64,000 bases of DNA from Patescibacteria group bacterium (GCA_049515915.1 JBEKTP010000006.1:4865-68864); one strand, 5' to 3'. Shown: positions 37,899 to 47,782, counted from the stretch's first letter. The notes: a model not told the origin generated them from the sequence alone. Numbers and translations: made by a program.

Positions 37899-38375
37899 TT
37901 ACTTCAGAAGAGAGACTACGTGAGCTCTCTCCTTCTTGAGGCGTTCAGCCTCTTTACGGGCCATCTCTCGCTCCTCGCGCACCTGCTTCTCGTGCTTGGC
38001 CAGAAGCCGAGAAAACTCGGTCTTCTGCATGAAGAAGATGGTGCCGTTCGGAGCAGTTGTACCACCACCCTTTTCAAGGGTAGCGTACTCAACGAGGACT
38101 TTGTCCCCGTCAAACTTGATGACCTTGAGGATGCCGTTACACGAGATACAGGCTTCCTCACCGAAGGCAAAACGGCCATTGCAGTTCGAGATACCGTCGG
38201 GATTAGCGACGGTGACCCAATTAGGCCAGTCAGGCGACTCGTTCATCTGGTAGTACATGGACGGGTGGTCCTGTACCTTTACCGGAACGGTGCTGCCGAC
38301 CTTGACGGCTGCCAGAGCCGTGTTCGCGAACACTACAACCATTACGAGGATCAGGATACCGGCGAGACGCTTCAT
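37899..38375 (-). CDS. Secreted hypothetical protein (GC-rich single gene)
   Basis: Signal peptide ending ALA, GAGGTG RBS, TTGACA-17-TATAGT promoter. Confidence 0.75.
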   Translation of the reverse strand: MKRLAGILILVMVVVFANTALAAVKVGSTVPVKVQDHPSMYYQMNESPDWPNWVTVANPDGISNCNGRFAFGEEACISCNGILKVIKFDGDKVLVEYATLEKGGGTTAPNGTIFFMQKTEFSRLLAKHEKQVREEREMARKEAERLKKERAHVVSLLK

Positions 38376-38552
38376 TTTGCTTCACCTCTCTCTTGGAGTT
38401 CTGTTCCACGAATTTCAAACCATATATTCTGATTGTGGAACCTTAATACTATAGCACAAAAAAGTTCAAATGTCAAGTCATTAACAGGTTCAAATTTACC
38501 AACCTGTTAACCTATAAGTATCAAAAAATGACCCAACGAGTGGATCATTTTT

Positions 38553-38866
38553 TGGTGGAGCTAGGGAGAATTGCACTCCCGTCCAAAAAACGATTTGACA
38601 ATCTTTGACAAGCATAGATACAGTCCTTGTTATCTTAAGAGTTATACCAGGACGATCTCTAACTCTCGAAGGTCAACTAATGTCGCCATTTCCGACCGGT
38701 CAACCAACGCATCGGAATGACGTGCTTAACCCCGGCTTACGCTAGAGCTAAGGCAGGTGCTAAATTTGGTTTAGCGTTTAGATTTTGCCACGATTTTTTA
38801 CGAGAATGCGTAGCCTACTCGACTTGAAATTGTCAAACGGGTTTTTTGTCGAATCTATATAGCCCC
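38553..38866 (-). ncRNA. ssrA: tmRNA; tag peptide AKPNLAPALALA* at 38737-38775
   Basis: 5' GGGGCT..GATTCGAC, 3' T-arm and CTCCACCA, internal tag ending ALA; smpB nearby. Confidence 0.93.
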
Positions 38867-38998
38867 GTTACCTAAACCCTACCATATTTTCAGTCGGAAG
38901 TCAAGCAAATAAACATCAGCTTGACATTAAAGATAGGTTTTGATATTTTCAAATGCCTGACAGATCGTTGCTATTCTGATTCGTAAGGAGATTCGCCG

Positions 38999-39454
38999 AT
39001 GATGCCAGAGGAGACCACGCTGGTCCTGATCAAGCCCCACGATGTCTACCGCAGACAAATCACGCCTATCCTGAGTTTGCTCGATACTGACAATCTTCGA
39101 ATCACGGGCATCAAGATGATCCGACCGTCTCTTCAGATGGTCGAGGATCACTATCAGGAACATGCGGGTAAGGACTACTTTCCTTGGCTCTGCGAACAAC
39201 TCGATGATCAGCCAGTCGTCGCCATCGCCATCTCGGGCAAGAACGCCGTGAAAAGAATCCGCGGGATAGTCGGACCCACTAAGCCCGAAGATAACTCGTC
39301 GTACACCATCCGCGGAAAGTTCTCGGATGACACTTTCGAAGCTTCTCGCCGAGAGAAGCGCGCCGTCCGGAACGTCGTCCACGCTGTCTCAAGCCTTGAG
39401 GATGCCGAGCGCGAGCTCAAGATCTGGTTTCGGGCAGAAGAGCTACTTACGTAG
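38999..39454 (+). CDS. ndk: Nucleoside diphosphate kinase
   Basis: TLVLIKP, HYQEH, VGPT, TIRG, RNVVHA phospho-His; GC-rich. Confidence 0.92.
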   Translation: MMPEETTLVLIKPHDVYRRQITPILSLLDTDNLRITGIKMIRPSLQMVEDHYQEHAGKDYFPWLCEQLDDQPVVAIAISGKNAVKRIRGIVGPTKPEDNSSYTIRGKFSDDTFEASRREKRAVRNVVHAVSSLEDAERELKIWFRAEELLT

Positions 39455-39467
39455 CACAAATGATCCA

Positions 39468-39493
39468 GTAGGCAGGCCTTTTGGCCTGCCTAC
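39468..39493. terminator. Perfect 11-bp hairpin after ndk
   Basis: GTAGGCAGGCC-TTTT-GGCCTGCCTAC. Confidence 0.6.
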
Positions 39494-39514
39494 ACTCATT
39501 TCATCAAAAATATC

Positions 39515-39543
39515 TTGACAAAATGTAAAGTTTCCTTTACAAT
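39515..39543 (+). promoter_or_regulatory. Sigma70 promoter with overlapping palindromic operator
   Basis: TTGACA-17-TACAAT; TGTAAAG-TTTC-CTTTACA inverted repeat. Confidence 0.7.
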
Positions 39544-39558
39544 TTTATTGGAGAAGAG

Positions 39559-40233
39559 ATGGTTAAAATTTATGTTCGAACTTTCTCAAATAAATTTAAA
39601 AATTTAAGAGAGGAAAAAAAATTAACTCAGGAAGAACTGGCTGAACGCTTGGGGATTTCGAGGCAGTCAGTGATTTCGGTTGAACGCGGTAAAAATCTCC
39701 CTTCCCTGCCCTTAGCCCTGCGCATCGCCGAGATTTTCGAGCAATCCTTTGATGAACTTTTCTTTAACAAGCAAAAAATTGAGAAAGGAGGTGAAAACAA
39801 AATGCCACGTTACATTATGCCTTGGTCGCCGTTGCGCGATTTAGACCGATTTTTTGAAGACGATGATCTAACTTCGTTACCCGGCTCGCGCGGTTGGCAA
39901 TTTCCAGCCGTTGACGTCAAGCAGTCCGAAAAAGACGTCACCATCACCGCCAATATCGCCGGTATCAAAGAAGAAGATATTAATGTCGAAGTCGGCGACA
40001 CCTATATCGATATTTCAGGTGAACGAAAAGCCGAAATCGAAGAAAAAGAGGAAGATTATTACCGCAAGGAAATTCGATACGGCTCTTTCGCCCGCCGAAT
40101 TCCTCTGCCGGCGGAGGTAAACGCCGACAAAGCCGAAGCCTCGATTAAAGACGGCCAGCTCAGAATTATTGCCCCTAAAATCGAACCGGAAAAACCCAAA
40201 ACGACCAAGATCAAAATCAAAAAAGAATCCTAA
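39559..40233 (+). CDS. XRE-family HTH fused to Hsp20/alpha-crystallin domain
   Basis: LTQEELAERLGISRQSVISVERG; PAVDV, YGSFARRIPLP, KDGQL; in-frame internal RBS and ATG at 39802. Confidence 0.9.
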   Translation: MVKIYVRTFSNKFKNLREEKKLTQEELAERLGISRQSVISVERGKNLPSLPLALRIAEIFEQSFDELFFNKQKIEKGGENKMPRYIMPWSPLRDLDRFFEDDDLTSLPGSRGWQFPAVDVKQSEKDVTITANIAGIKEEDINVEVGDTYIDISGERKAEIEEKEEDYYRKEIRYGSFARRIPLPAEVNADKAEASIKDGQLRIIAPKIEPEKPKTTKIKIKKES

Positions 40234-40265
40234 CCAAAATTCCCCCGCCTGGGGGATTTTTGGTT
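40232..40265 (+). terminator. Intrinsic terminator
   Basis: AACCAAAATTCCCCC-GCCT-GGGGGATTTTTGGTT. Confidence 0.7.
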
Positions 40266-40341
40266 GCGAAAACTATAATTATCTGGTAAAATAATTTAGA
40301 AATGTACAAAAAAACATTTTATCAATGTTTAATTTACACAT

Positions 40342-40418
40342 GGGCTCGTAGCTCAGTTGGTTAGAGCGTCACGTTGACATCGTGAAGGTCACCCGTTCAA
40401 ATCGGGTCGGGCCCACCA
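40342..40418 (+). tRNA. tRNA-Val(GAC)
   Basis: Anticodon arm TCACG-TTGACAT-CGTGA; encoded CCA. Confidence 0.95.
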
Positions 40419-40482
40419 CTAAAAAATATCTCCGCTCTTTTGTTAGGAGATTTTTTTATAAAAAGTACTTATTTTAGTCGAT

Positions 40483-41493
40483 TTAAGAATATAACTTCCG
40501 AATTTCAGGCCATTCCTGGATCAAAACGGAAAGGGCCGCCGCGACCGGTACGGCAATGATAATTCCCAAAAGCCCCATCAACTCGGCGCCAACCAGCAAA
40601 GCCAAAATAATAATCACCGGCGAAAGACCGACCGCTTTACCCATAATTTTTGGGGCCAAAAAATTTGATTCGATCTGTTGAATAATAACAAAAGCAATCA
40701 AAACCAAGATGCCTTTGAGTGGCGAAAGACTAAAACTGATGGCGACCGCCGGAATTAATCCGAGCCACGGACCGATATAAGGCACAACTTCAATTAATCC
40801 TCCCCAAAGCGCCAAGGCCAGAGCATAAGGAACACCCAGCGAAATCAGAGCGATAAAATCAAGCGCCCCGATAATGAACATCAAAACAAATTGGCTGCGC
40901 AGCCAGCTACCCATCTTTTCACTAATTTTTTTGAGAATCGGGATAATTTTCTCTTTTTTTTCAGAAGGGATACTTTGATTTAAAAAATTCTTAATCGCAT
41001 TTTGTTCAAGGAGCATATAAAATGACAAGACCAAAATGGTCAAAAAACCCAAAAGACCGGTGATAAAACCGACGGTTGTCGAGTAAAGACCGCTGGAGAT
41101 TTTCCCAATTTGAGATGAAACATTGAATAATCCCTGCTGATAGTTCCCTAATGAATTTTGAATATGCTGATAAAGAGGGCCTAATTTTATGGCAATTGAT
41201 GGTAGATTGATGGCTAGTTGTTTGACTTCGGTTACCACCGGCGGCACGATTAAAAAACCAACCGCCGCCAAAATCCCCAAAACAACGATGCTTAAGATGA
41301 TTACCGCTAAAAGTCGGGGGATATATTTGGTCATACGATCAACTAACGGACCTAAGGCGGCCACAACCACCAAAACAATAAAAAATAAGAAAACGATATT
41401 ACGAACGGCAAAAAGAAGCCAAATGCCTAAAACGACAGCGGCGACTTTTAAAATCGTGACCGTGGAGATATCGAATTTAACTTTCTGTTCCAT
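40483..41493 (-). CDS. AI-2E family transporter
   Basis: Multi-TM, PYIGP, QQIESN.LAPKIMG, AVPVAA. Confidence 0.92.
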   Translation of the reverse strand: MEQKVKFDISTVTILKVAAVVLGIWLLFAVRNIVFLFFIVLVVVAALGPLVDRMTKYIPRLLAVIILSIVVLGILAAVGFLIVPPVVTEVKQLAINLPSIAIKLGPLYQHIQNSLGNYQQGLFNVSSQIGKISSGLYSTTVGFITGLLGFLTILVLSFYMLLEQNAIKNFLNQSIPSEKKEKIIPILKKISEKMGSWLRSQFVLMFIIGALDFIALISLGVPYALALALWGGLIEVVPYIGPWLGLIPAVAISFSLSPLKGILVLIAFVIIQQIESNFLAPKIMGKAVGLSPVIIILALLVGAELMGLLGIIIAVPVAAALSVLIQEWPEIRKLYS

Positions 41494-41657
41494 TTATCCT
41501 CCCATATATTTTAAGCTTTTTTGGAGTAAAAAACAAGAGAGAAGGTTGTCCTTGACTTTAATTAGGTTCTATGATATAATTTCAGGTTGTACATTGACAG
41601 GCGAAAAAGCCTGGGCCGATGCCCGGCTAAATATTGTTGGATGCGTGGGAGGAGACG

Positions 41658-42629
41658 ATGTTGCGGAGAATGGTAGCACTACTGGTTGCTCTAACTCTGA
41701 TGTTGGCGTTTACTACGGCGCTGTTCGCGGCGCCCCTCGTGCGGCCGGCGATGCCGTGGAGAGAGATCTCCACCTTCGCCTTCAGCGTTCAAGTGACAGA
41801 TGCAACTACTGGCGCTATCGTCAGTAAGAACATCTGGGGCTGGGATGGAAAAAAGTTCGTGATGCTTGTAAACGCCCAAGGCACCGAAGCCCACCAGCCG
41901 GCGTTTTCGCCGGATGGCCGGTTCATGGCGTATGCGGAGCGGTCGAACGGAGATCTCAACATCTGGGTGAAAGATCTCCGATCCGGCCGGTCCCATCGGG
42001 TAACTTTCGGGACGGAAGACCAGGAACCTGCCTGGAGCCCGGACGGGACCAAACTCGTCTTCAAACAAGGACCATGGCCAGCCAAGGTGGTCACGATCAA
42101 CGTGAGCAACCTGAATACGCCTGGCCAACCAGAGCGAGTGTCAGCCGCGCCAGAGTCGGCAGACGAAGGTCACCCCACGTGGGGTGACGGAGTCATCTGC
42201 TGGCAAGTCGATCTAACGGACAATGGCCATACCCAGATCTGGAAGAAGAATTTGGTCAACGGCGAGATCACGGCGGAGGTTCAGGTTGCCGATACTGATG
42301 CCGTTGAACCAGCACTTCTTGGCACGCGGCTAGTCTTCGCCACCCCATTCGGGATATTCGTCAAGACTCTCGGGGAAGCGAATCCCGAAACACCTTTACT
42401 CGATTTCGGGAACCTCCCGGCCTGGGCGCCGGACGGTAGTGGGTTCTATCTATCCGCTACCGAAACTAATCCGGTCGATGGGACATCAAAGACCAGTATC
42501 GTCTTCGCCAGCCTCAATGACGAAGGTGTCACCAGAGTCAGCTGGCTGACAGCCCAGTTCGACTGGGCTTCGGAGCCGACAGCGGCGTTCAGCCGCGACG
42601 TCGGCACCCATCGTTACCTTCCTATGTAA
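41658..42629 (+). CDS. Secreted TolB-like beta-propeller (PD40 repeats), GC-rich
   Basis: PAFSPDG, PAWSPDG, PAWAPDG; GGAGG RBS before ATG 41658. Confidence 0.85.
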   Translation: MLRRMVALLVALTLMLAFTTALFAAPLVRPAMPWREISTFAFSVQVTDATTGAIVSKNIWGWDGKKFVMLVNAQGTEAHQPAFSPDGRFMAYAERSNGDLNIWVKDLRSGRSHRVTFGTEDQEPAWSPDGTKLVFKQGPWPAKVVTINVSNLNTPGQPERVSAAPESADEGHPTWGDGVICWQVDLTDNGHTQIWKKNLVNGEITAEVQVADTDAVEPALLGTRLVFATPFGIFVKTLGEANPETPLLDFGNLPAWAPDGSGFYLSATETNPVDGTSKTSIVFASLNDEGVTRVSWLTAQFDWASEPTAAFSRDVGTHRYLPM

Positions 42630-42686
42630 GGGAATATCTGGGATGAAGGAAAAAGGAGGTGCGATCGGGACATTCCACCGGACCTG

Positions 42687-42718
42687 GGGACGGCGTGCTT
42701 GCGCGCCGTCCCTTTTTT
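42687..42718 (+). terminator. Intrinsic terminator
   Basis: GGGACGGCGTGC-TT-GCGCGCCGTCCC followed by T6. Confidence 0.75.
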
Positions 42719-42819
42719 ATTCTCAAAATATTTGCCTTGACGCGAGTGTTCGGCTATGCTATAATGCGTAGTTGTTCTTCGACAACTAAATAGAAAACCA
42801 AATGGCGAGGGAGATTGCA

Positions 42820-43695
42820 ATGAAGACCGTCGGATGGATATTCGTCGCACTGGTTGTTGCCCTGGTCCTCGTCTGCGGCAGGATGGGACCAAAATCCCAG
42901 AACCAGCCGGCCGTCAAGGTCATCGTCGATCTTAACGAAACGTCCGGCGGCGCTAACTTGCGCGTTGCCCGAACAGAATCCCTTGACGAAAGGACGACTC
43001 TCAAGCGCTGGGCCAGCCTCACGCCGATGAGTGGAAATCAAATCACTCTCGACACCACCGACTTACTTGAGAGTGATAAGGCCCCCCGTACGTATTGGTC
43101 TGACGATAACGGACTCCTCGCACTTTGGTCTTACGATGAAGAAAGCGACAGTCCCATCGGCGTCTTCGATGCGACTACTGGCCAACGAATTCATACTTTG
43201 CCAGTGCTCCGGAATCACCACGGACCGCTTACCATTTCAGCCGACAATCAATGGGCGGTGTGTGACTTTTTCTCCCACAACCTCAAGACCGGCCGGGACA
43301 CTCGACTGGACGGCTGGTACGTCGCGTATAAAGGCAACCAGCTTTGTAAGGTCGAAGTCGAGCCACTCTGGCTGGACTCGACTCACATTCTCATGGGCGG
43401 ATGGGTGCCGGGACTTCTCAAAGATGACGGCACAGCTGATCCGCCCAACTCGGGATTTCTGGCTATCTACGACGTTGAAAGCGGCCAGAAAGAAGATCTG
43501 ATGAGCCGATTACCCAAAGGTTCACTCATCGTCGGGATCATTAATGAGTTACCCAGATATGTCGATGTCGAGATTTCCGACAACCGCACCGGCGATGGCA
43601 ACGAGCCCATAAGAACGGCCACCTACCGATTCCGCATCCGTGTCAAAGTCGAACCGACGGCCACCAAAGTGGCCGTCGGCGAACCCGCTGAATAA
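42820..43695 (+). CDS. Membrane-anchored hypothetical protein, probable beta-propeller, GC-rich
   Basis: N-terminal TM; VFDATTG and IYDVESG blade-like motifs; TTGACG-17-TATAAT promoter. Confidence 0.7.
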   Translation: MKTVGWIFVALVVALVLVCGRMGPKSQNQPAVKVIVDLNETSGGANLRVARTESLDERTTLKRWASLTPMSGNQITLDTTDLLESDKAPRTYWSDDNGLLALWSYDEESDSPIGVFDATTGQRIHTLPVLRNHHGPLTISADNQWAVCDFFSHNLKTGRDTRLDGWYVAYKGNQLCKVEVEPLWLDSTHILMGGWVPGLLKDDGTADPPNSGFLAIYDVESGQKEDLMSRLPKGSLIVGIINELPRYVDVEISDNRTGDGNEPIRTATYRFRIRVKVEPTATKVAVGEPAE

Positions 43696-43708
43696 GAACG
43701 AGTCCTGC

Positions 43709-43737
43709 GAAGGCCTGGTCCTCTGGACCAGGCCTTC
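43709..43737. terminator. Perfect 13-bp hairpin between convergent genes
   Basis: GAAGGCCTGGTCC-TCT-GGACCAGGCCTTC. Confidence 0.65.
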
Positions 43738-43753
43738 TCCTATTTAGAGTATT

Positions 43754-44836
43754 TTATTCGTCTGACAACCGAAATCGCCATATCGAGATAGCCAGCATCA
43801 CCACAATCCAAATGCCAACGATAATAATGTTGCTGGGATTACTCAAAGGCGAAATATTTTGGTTTCCGATTTGCCGAATCATTCGAAGCAGCGGCGACAA
43901 GGGAAGATATTGAACAATTTTAAAAAGCCAACTCGGCAACGAGTCGATGGGAAAAAAGACGCCAGCCAAAAACATCATCGGAATAGTAATGGCCACTGAC
44001 ATTCCTTGAGCGGCATCTTCGGTTTTGGAGACGCTCGCCACCGTAAAACCAATCGTTTGGAAAAGCAAACCGCCTAAAAGCGCAAATAAAAATAGTAAGA
44101 AAATGTTGCCGATAATATGGGCGTGAAAACCATAAACCCCAATTATCAAAATGAAGCTGACTTGAAACAAATTTAAAACCAACCGCGAGAGAACCTCGGC
44201 GAAGACAAATTTCCACGAGGCCAACGGCGTGGTCGTAATGCGTTTGAGGATTTTATCTTGGCGATATTTGGCCATGGCAATGGCAATGCCCTGAACGGCC
44301 GAGTTCATCAGAGCCAGACCGATTAAACCCATCAACACAAAATCAAAATAGTTTAAATTATTATTCGTCGATGTTTCGCTCTTAACCGAATAAATCGCTT
44401 TCGCTTTTTGAATTTGATAATTTACATTGGTCAGATATTGAGAAAGGAAACCTTCAATCGTCGCGTTGGCGGAAGCGTTGGCCGGGTCGTTGATAAAATT
44501 AATTTGCGTCGGCGCGCCCGGTTTTGACAAACCAAAATCAGCCGGTATTTCAACGATCGCCGCAATTTTGCCTTTTTGAAGTAAATCTTTGGCAGTCGCT
44601 AAATCAGTTTCCTTTTGAATGCTAAAAAGTCCGGCCGAGGTAGCCGCTTGCTCGAGATTGGTCGCTAGCGGACTTTGCGAATTATTAATCCAAGCCACCG
44701 TACCAACCGAAGTCTTTGTGCCGCCAAAGAAAAAGCCGAAGATAATCGTAAACATTAACGGAAAAGCCAGACTCCAAAAGAGAGCTTGGCGGCCGCGGAC
44801 CATCATTTTTAAATTGGCGATAAATAATTTAGCCAT
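43754..44836 (-). CDS. ABC-2 type transporter permease
   Basis: FWSLAFP, ILKRITTTP, FLAGVFFP, LPLS. Confidence 0.9.
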   Translation of the reverse strand: MAKLFIANLKMMVRGRQALFWSLAFPLMFTIIFGFFFGGTKTSVGTVAWINNSQSPLATNLEQAATSAGLFSIQKETDLATAKDLLQKGKIAAIVEIPADFGLSKPGAPTQINFINDPANASANATIEGFLSQYLTNVNYQIQKAKAIYSVKSETSTNNNLNYFDFVLMGLIGLALMNSAVQGIAIAMAKYRQDKILKRITTTPLASWKFVFAEVLSRLVLNLFQVSFILIIGVYGFHAHIIGNIFLLFLFALLGGLLFQTIGFTVASVSKTEDAAQGMSVAITIPMMFLAGVFFPIDSLPSWLFKIVQYLPLSPLLRMIRQIGNQNISPLSNPSNIIIVGIWIVVMLAISIWRFRLSDE

Positions 44837-45761
44837 TGTCATTTTCCTCATCGGTAATCGTTTTGCCAGTTAATTCAATAAAAAGATCTTCCAGTGTGGA
44901 CCGGCCGACCGAAAAAGTATCGATGTTATATTGATCAAGAATTTTCATCGCCTTCGCTAAACTTTCTTTCGAGCGCAGGAAAACGGAAATGTTATTTTTC
45001 TTACCGCCGAGATTGGAAACTTGACCAATTTTAGCAAATTCGGCACAAGCTTTCGGATTTTCCTTTTCACAAATCGCTTCCACTCGATATGGAAATTCGG
45101 TTTTTTCAATCAATTTATGAGTTTCATCGAGAGCGATAATTTTTCCTTTATCCATAATGGCAATGCAATCGCAAAGAACCTCGGCTTCTTCCATATAGTG
45201 CGTCGTCAAAACAATTGTTTTGCCTTGGGCACGAATTTTAGTAATGACTTCCCATAAGTTGCGCCGCGCCACCGGGTCAAGACCGGTTGTCGGCTCGTCA
45301 AGAAAAATAATTTCGGGGTCGTTAATCAAGCTGGCAATAATGGAAAAACGTTGTTTTTGGCCGCCAGAAAGATTTCTGACATATTGGTCGACTTTACTTT
45401 CGAGTCCAACCATTTTTAATAAATCGTCCGGGTTTTGATTTTTATGATAAAAACTCGCAAATAAATTTAAAATCTCACGTAGTTTTAAAAAATCATAATA
45501 AGCCGAGGACTGCAACTGGACACCAATTTGTTCTTTAATTTTACGTAAATTCTTTTGCACATCGGTTCCCAACACTTCAATTCGGCCGGCCGTTGGTTTT
45601 CTTAAACCCTCAATCATTTCCAGCGTCGTTGTTTTACCGGCACCGTTTTCGCCGAGTAAACCAAAAACTTCTCCACGGTTTACTTCAAAAGAAATATTGT
45701 CGACGGCGGAAAGTGGACCATACTTTTTGATGAGATTTTTGACGATAATAACTTTTTCCAT
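44829..45761 (-). CDS. ABC transporter ATP-binding protein
   Basis: GENGAGKT, LSGGQ, FLDEPT, TTHY. Confidence 0.96.
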   Translation of the reverse strand: MEKVIIVKNLIKKYGPLSAVDNISFEVNRGEVFGLLGENGAGKTTTLEMIEGLRKPTAGRIEVLGTDVQKNLRKIKEQIGVQLQSSAYYDFLKLREILNLFASFYHKNQNPDDLLKMVGLESKVDQYVRNLSGGQKQRFSIIASLINDPEIIFLDEPTTGLDPVARRNLWEVITKIRAQGKTIVLTTHYMEEAEVLCDCIAIMDKGKIIALDETHKLIEKTEFPYRVEAICEKENPKACAEFAKIGQVSNLGGKKNNISVFLRSKESLAKAMKILDQYNIDTFSVGRSTLEDLFIELTGKTITDEENDNG

Positions 45762-45800
45762 GCCTTAATATTGTAAAAGAATTTGGCGATACAGTCAATT

Positions 45801-45876
45801 TGGCGCCCTCGGCAGGATTCGGACCTGCGACCTAGACGTTAGGAGTGTCTCGCTCTATCCCCTGAGCTACGAGGGC
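45801..45876 (-). tRNA. tRNA-Arg(CCT)
   Basis: Acceptor GCCCTCG/CGAGGGC, loop CTCCTAA, encoded CCA; T-loop reads TCCGAAT. Confidence 0.9.
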
Positions 45877-45985
45877 ATCGCTATCTCGATTTTACCATAA
45901 TGATAAGGTATAATAAAGTCGATTGGGGTGTAACGCAGTTACAAAGCATGTTAGCGCGTCTCCGACAAAGTCGGAGTAAAAGTTT

Positions 45986-46058
45986 CGGGGTGTAGCGCAG
46001 TTGGTAGCGCGCAGCGTTCGGGACGCTGAGGTCCGCGGTTCGAATCCGCGCACCCCGA
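45986..46058 (+). tRNA. tRNA-Pro(CGG)
   Basis: Acceptor CGGGGTG/CACCCCG, arm CAGCG-TTCGGGA-CGCTG. Confidence 0.95.
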
Positions 46059-46338
46059 CTTTTTAGTGATTAAAAACATAGAAATCATCAGCCCCGCTCT
46101 ATAATAAATTAAATTTCGACATCGCCTTAAAATGACTCTTAAAATAGTTATTGGGGAAGATTCTATCAAATTAGTCCTTTCTTCTTGATTTATTAATGAC
46201 GATGTGCTATACTAAAAGCGAAGTTTGAAGAGTGCTCGTGCGTATTTCGACCCCTCGAGGGTAGAATACCCCGAGAAACGTCAGACGGGGTCGAAAAGTA
46301 TTGTCCAACCGATTAACTGGTTGGAAAAGAAAGAGAAA

Positions 46339-46605
46339 ATGGAAGAACAAAAAAACAAGTTGTACGTAGGCAATTTGCCCTATTCTACGACTGACGAGTC
46401 TTTGAAAGATCTCTTTGCCGGCGCTGGTGAAGTTGTTGAAGCGAAAGTTATCACCGACAAATTCAGCGGACGATCAAAGGGATTTGGCTTTGTTACCATG
46501 AAAGACGATGCAGCTGCGGAAGCAGCGATCGCAGCCATGGATGGCAAGGAAATCGAAGGCCGACAGATCAAGGTCAATGTTGCCCGTCCAATGCGCGAAC
46601 GGTAA
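46339..46605 (+). CDS. RRM-domain RNA-binding protein
   Basis: RNP2 LYVGNL, RNP1 KGFGFV, KVNVARP. Confidence 0.93.
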   Translation: MEEQKNKLYVGNLPYSTTDESLKDLFAGAGEVVEAKVITDKFSGRSKGFGFVTMKDDAAAEAAIAAMDGKEIEGRQIKVNVARPMRER

Positions 46606-46627
46606 ACTCTAAGTTTATCATAAGCAA

Positions 46628-46657
46628 GCAAAAACCCGCCTTAAAGCGGGTTTTTGC
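46628..46657. terminator. Intrinsic terminator
   Basis: GCAAAAACCCGC-CTTAAA-GCGGGTTTTTGC. Confidence 0.75.
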
Positions 46658-46820
46658 GTATATTTAGATTTTAAAGATAAGGACAATCACTTCGGTATGT
46701 TTAAAAAAATTCACCCAGTCCGACCGACTGTCAAGATAGTGGTTTGAAAAAAGTGTTCAAATTAGTTAGAATGAGAATGGATACATTTGTTCTATCTTAG
46801 AAAGAAAGGAGGTGATGGCG

Positions 46821-47021
46821 ATGAAAATGAATGTCCTAGATTGGATTGTGATCGTTTTGGTGGTGATTGGCGCTCTCAACTGGGGACTAGTTGGTATTTT
46901 CCGATATGACGTTGTAAAATCTATTTTTGGCGACATGACGACGCTTACAAGAATCATCTATACCCTCGTCGGCCTCTCCGGTCTCTACCTGATCTTTACG
47001 GTCGGTAAATACAACAAATAG
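46821..47021 (+). CDS. DUF378 family membrane protein
   Basis: LVVIGALNWGLVG, RIIYTLVGLSG. Confidence 0.9.
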   Translation: MKMNVLDWIVIVLVVIGALNWGLVGIFRYDVVKSIFGDMTTLTRIIYTLVGLSGLYLIFTVGKYNK

Positions 47022-47146
47022 AGATTCTAAAACAAAATCCACCCTTGATTTTTCAGACGGGTTTTATCATTTAAAATAAATTGCTCCACCCAGAAGTACT
47101 GGCAGGATTTTATTCGAAAAGTCCATTAATGATGTAAAATAGATTT

Positions 47147-47632
47147 ATGACCTATCTAATTTTAGTTATGGTCTTTAGTCTTTTGATTTTAGTGGGCGCG
47201 GCTAGCTTCTTACTGATGATTTTTCCGGCCCATCTTTATTTACTTGCCATCACTTTAGTTTTTGGCTTTATTGATCATTTCCAACATCTTAAATTTTGGG
47301 AGTGGGGGATTTTAGCCGGAGTAGTAGTCATCATGACGCTGGTCGATTGGCTTGCCGGACTTTTAGGCGCCCAATTTTCCGGCGCTTCGAAAAAATCACT
47401 TTGGTGGGGATTGATCGGCATGATTATCGGCCTTTTAGTCTTTCCCCCATTCGGCAGTTTAATTGGATTATTTTTAGGTGTTTTAATCGTCGAATTAATT
47501 TATTATAAAGAATACCGCCGCGCTTTTCGCGCCGCCGCCGGCAGTTTGCTCGGTAAAATAAGTGGAACAATTTTAAACTTAATTTTGGCCATATTATTCT
47601 TGATTTTATTCATCTTTTTTGCTTTAAAATAA
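47147..47632 (+). CDS. DUF456 family membrane protein
   Basis: GASKKS.WG..G..IG..PPFG..IG.FLG..VE. Confidence 0.8.
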   Translation: MTYLILVMVFSLLILVGAASFLLMIFPAHLYLLAITLVFGFIDHFQHLKFWEWGILAGVVVIMTLVDWLAGLLGAQFSGASKKSLWWGLIGMIIGLLVFPPFGSLIGLFLGVLIVELIYYKEYRRAFRAAAGSLLGKISGTILNLILAILFLILFIFFALK

Positions 47633-47656
47633 ATGTTTTCAAAACGAAAGGAAAAA

Positions 47657-47782
47657 ATGGCTAAAGTGTCAAAAGTCGGAGAGAAATTTATCTGTCTTGT
47701 CTGCGGCAACGAAGTCGAAGTTACCAAAGCCGGCGGTGGTGAACTTACCTGCTGTAACCGACCGATGTCTCAAACTTCTTAA
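47657..47782 (+). CDS. Desulforedoxin-like FeS4 iron-binding protein (41 aa)
   Basis: CLVCGN..GGGELTCC..PM; AAAGGA RBS; below the ORF-track cutoff. Confidence 0.85.
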   Translation: MAKVSKVGEKFICLVCGNEVEVTKAGGGELTCCNRPMSQTS

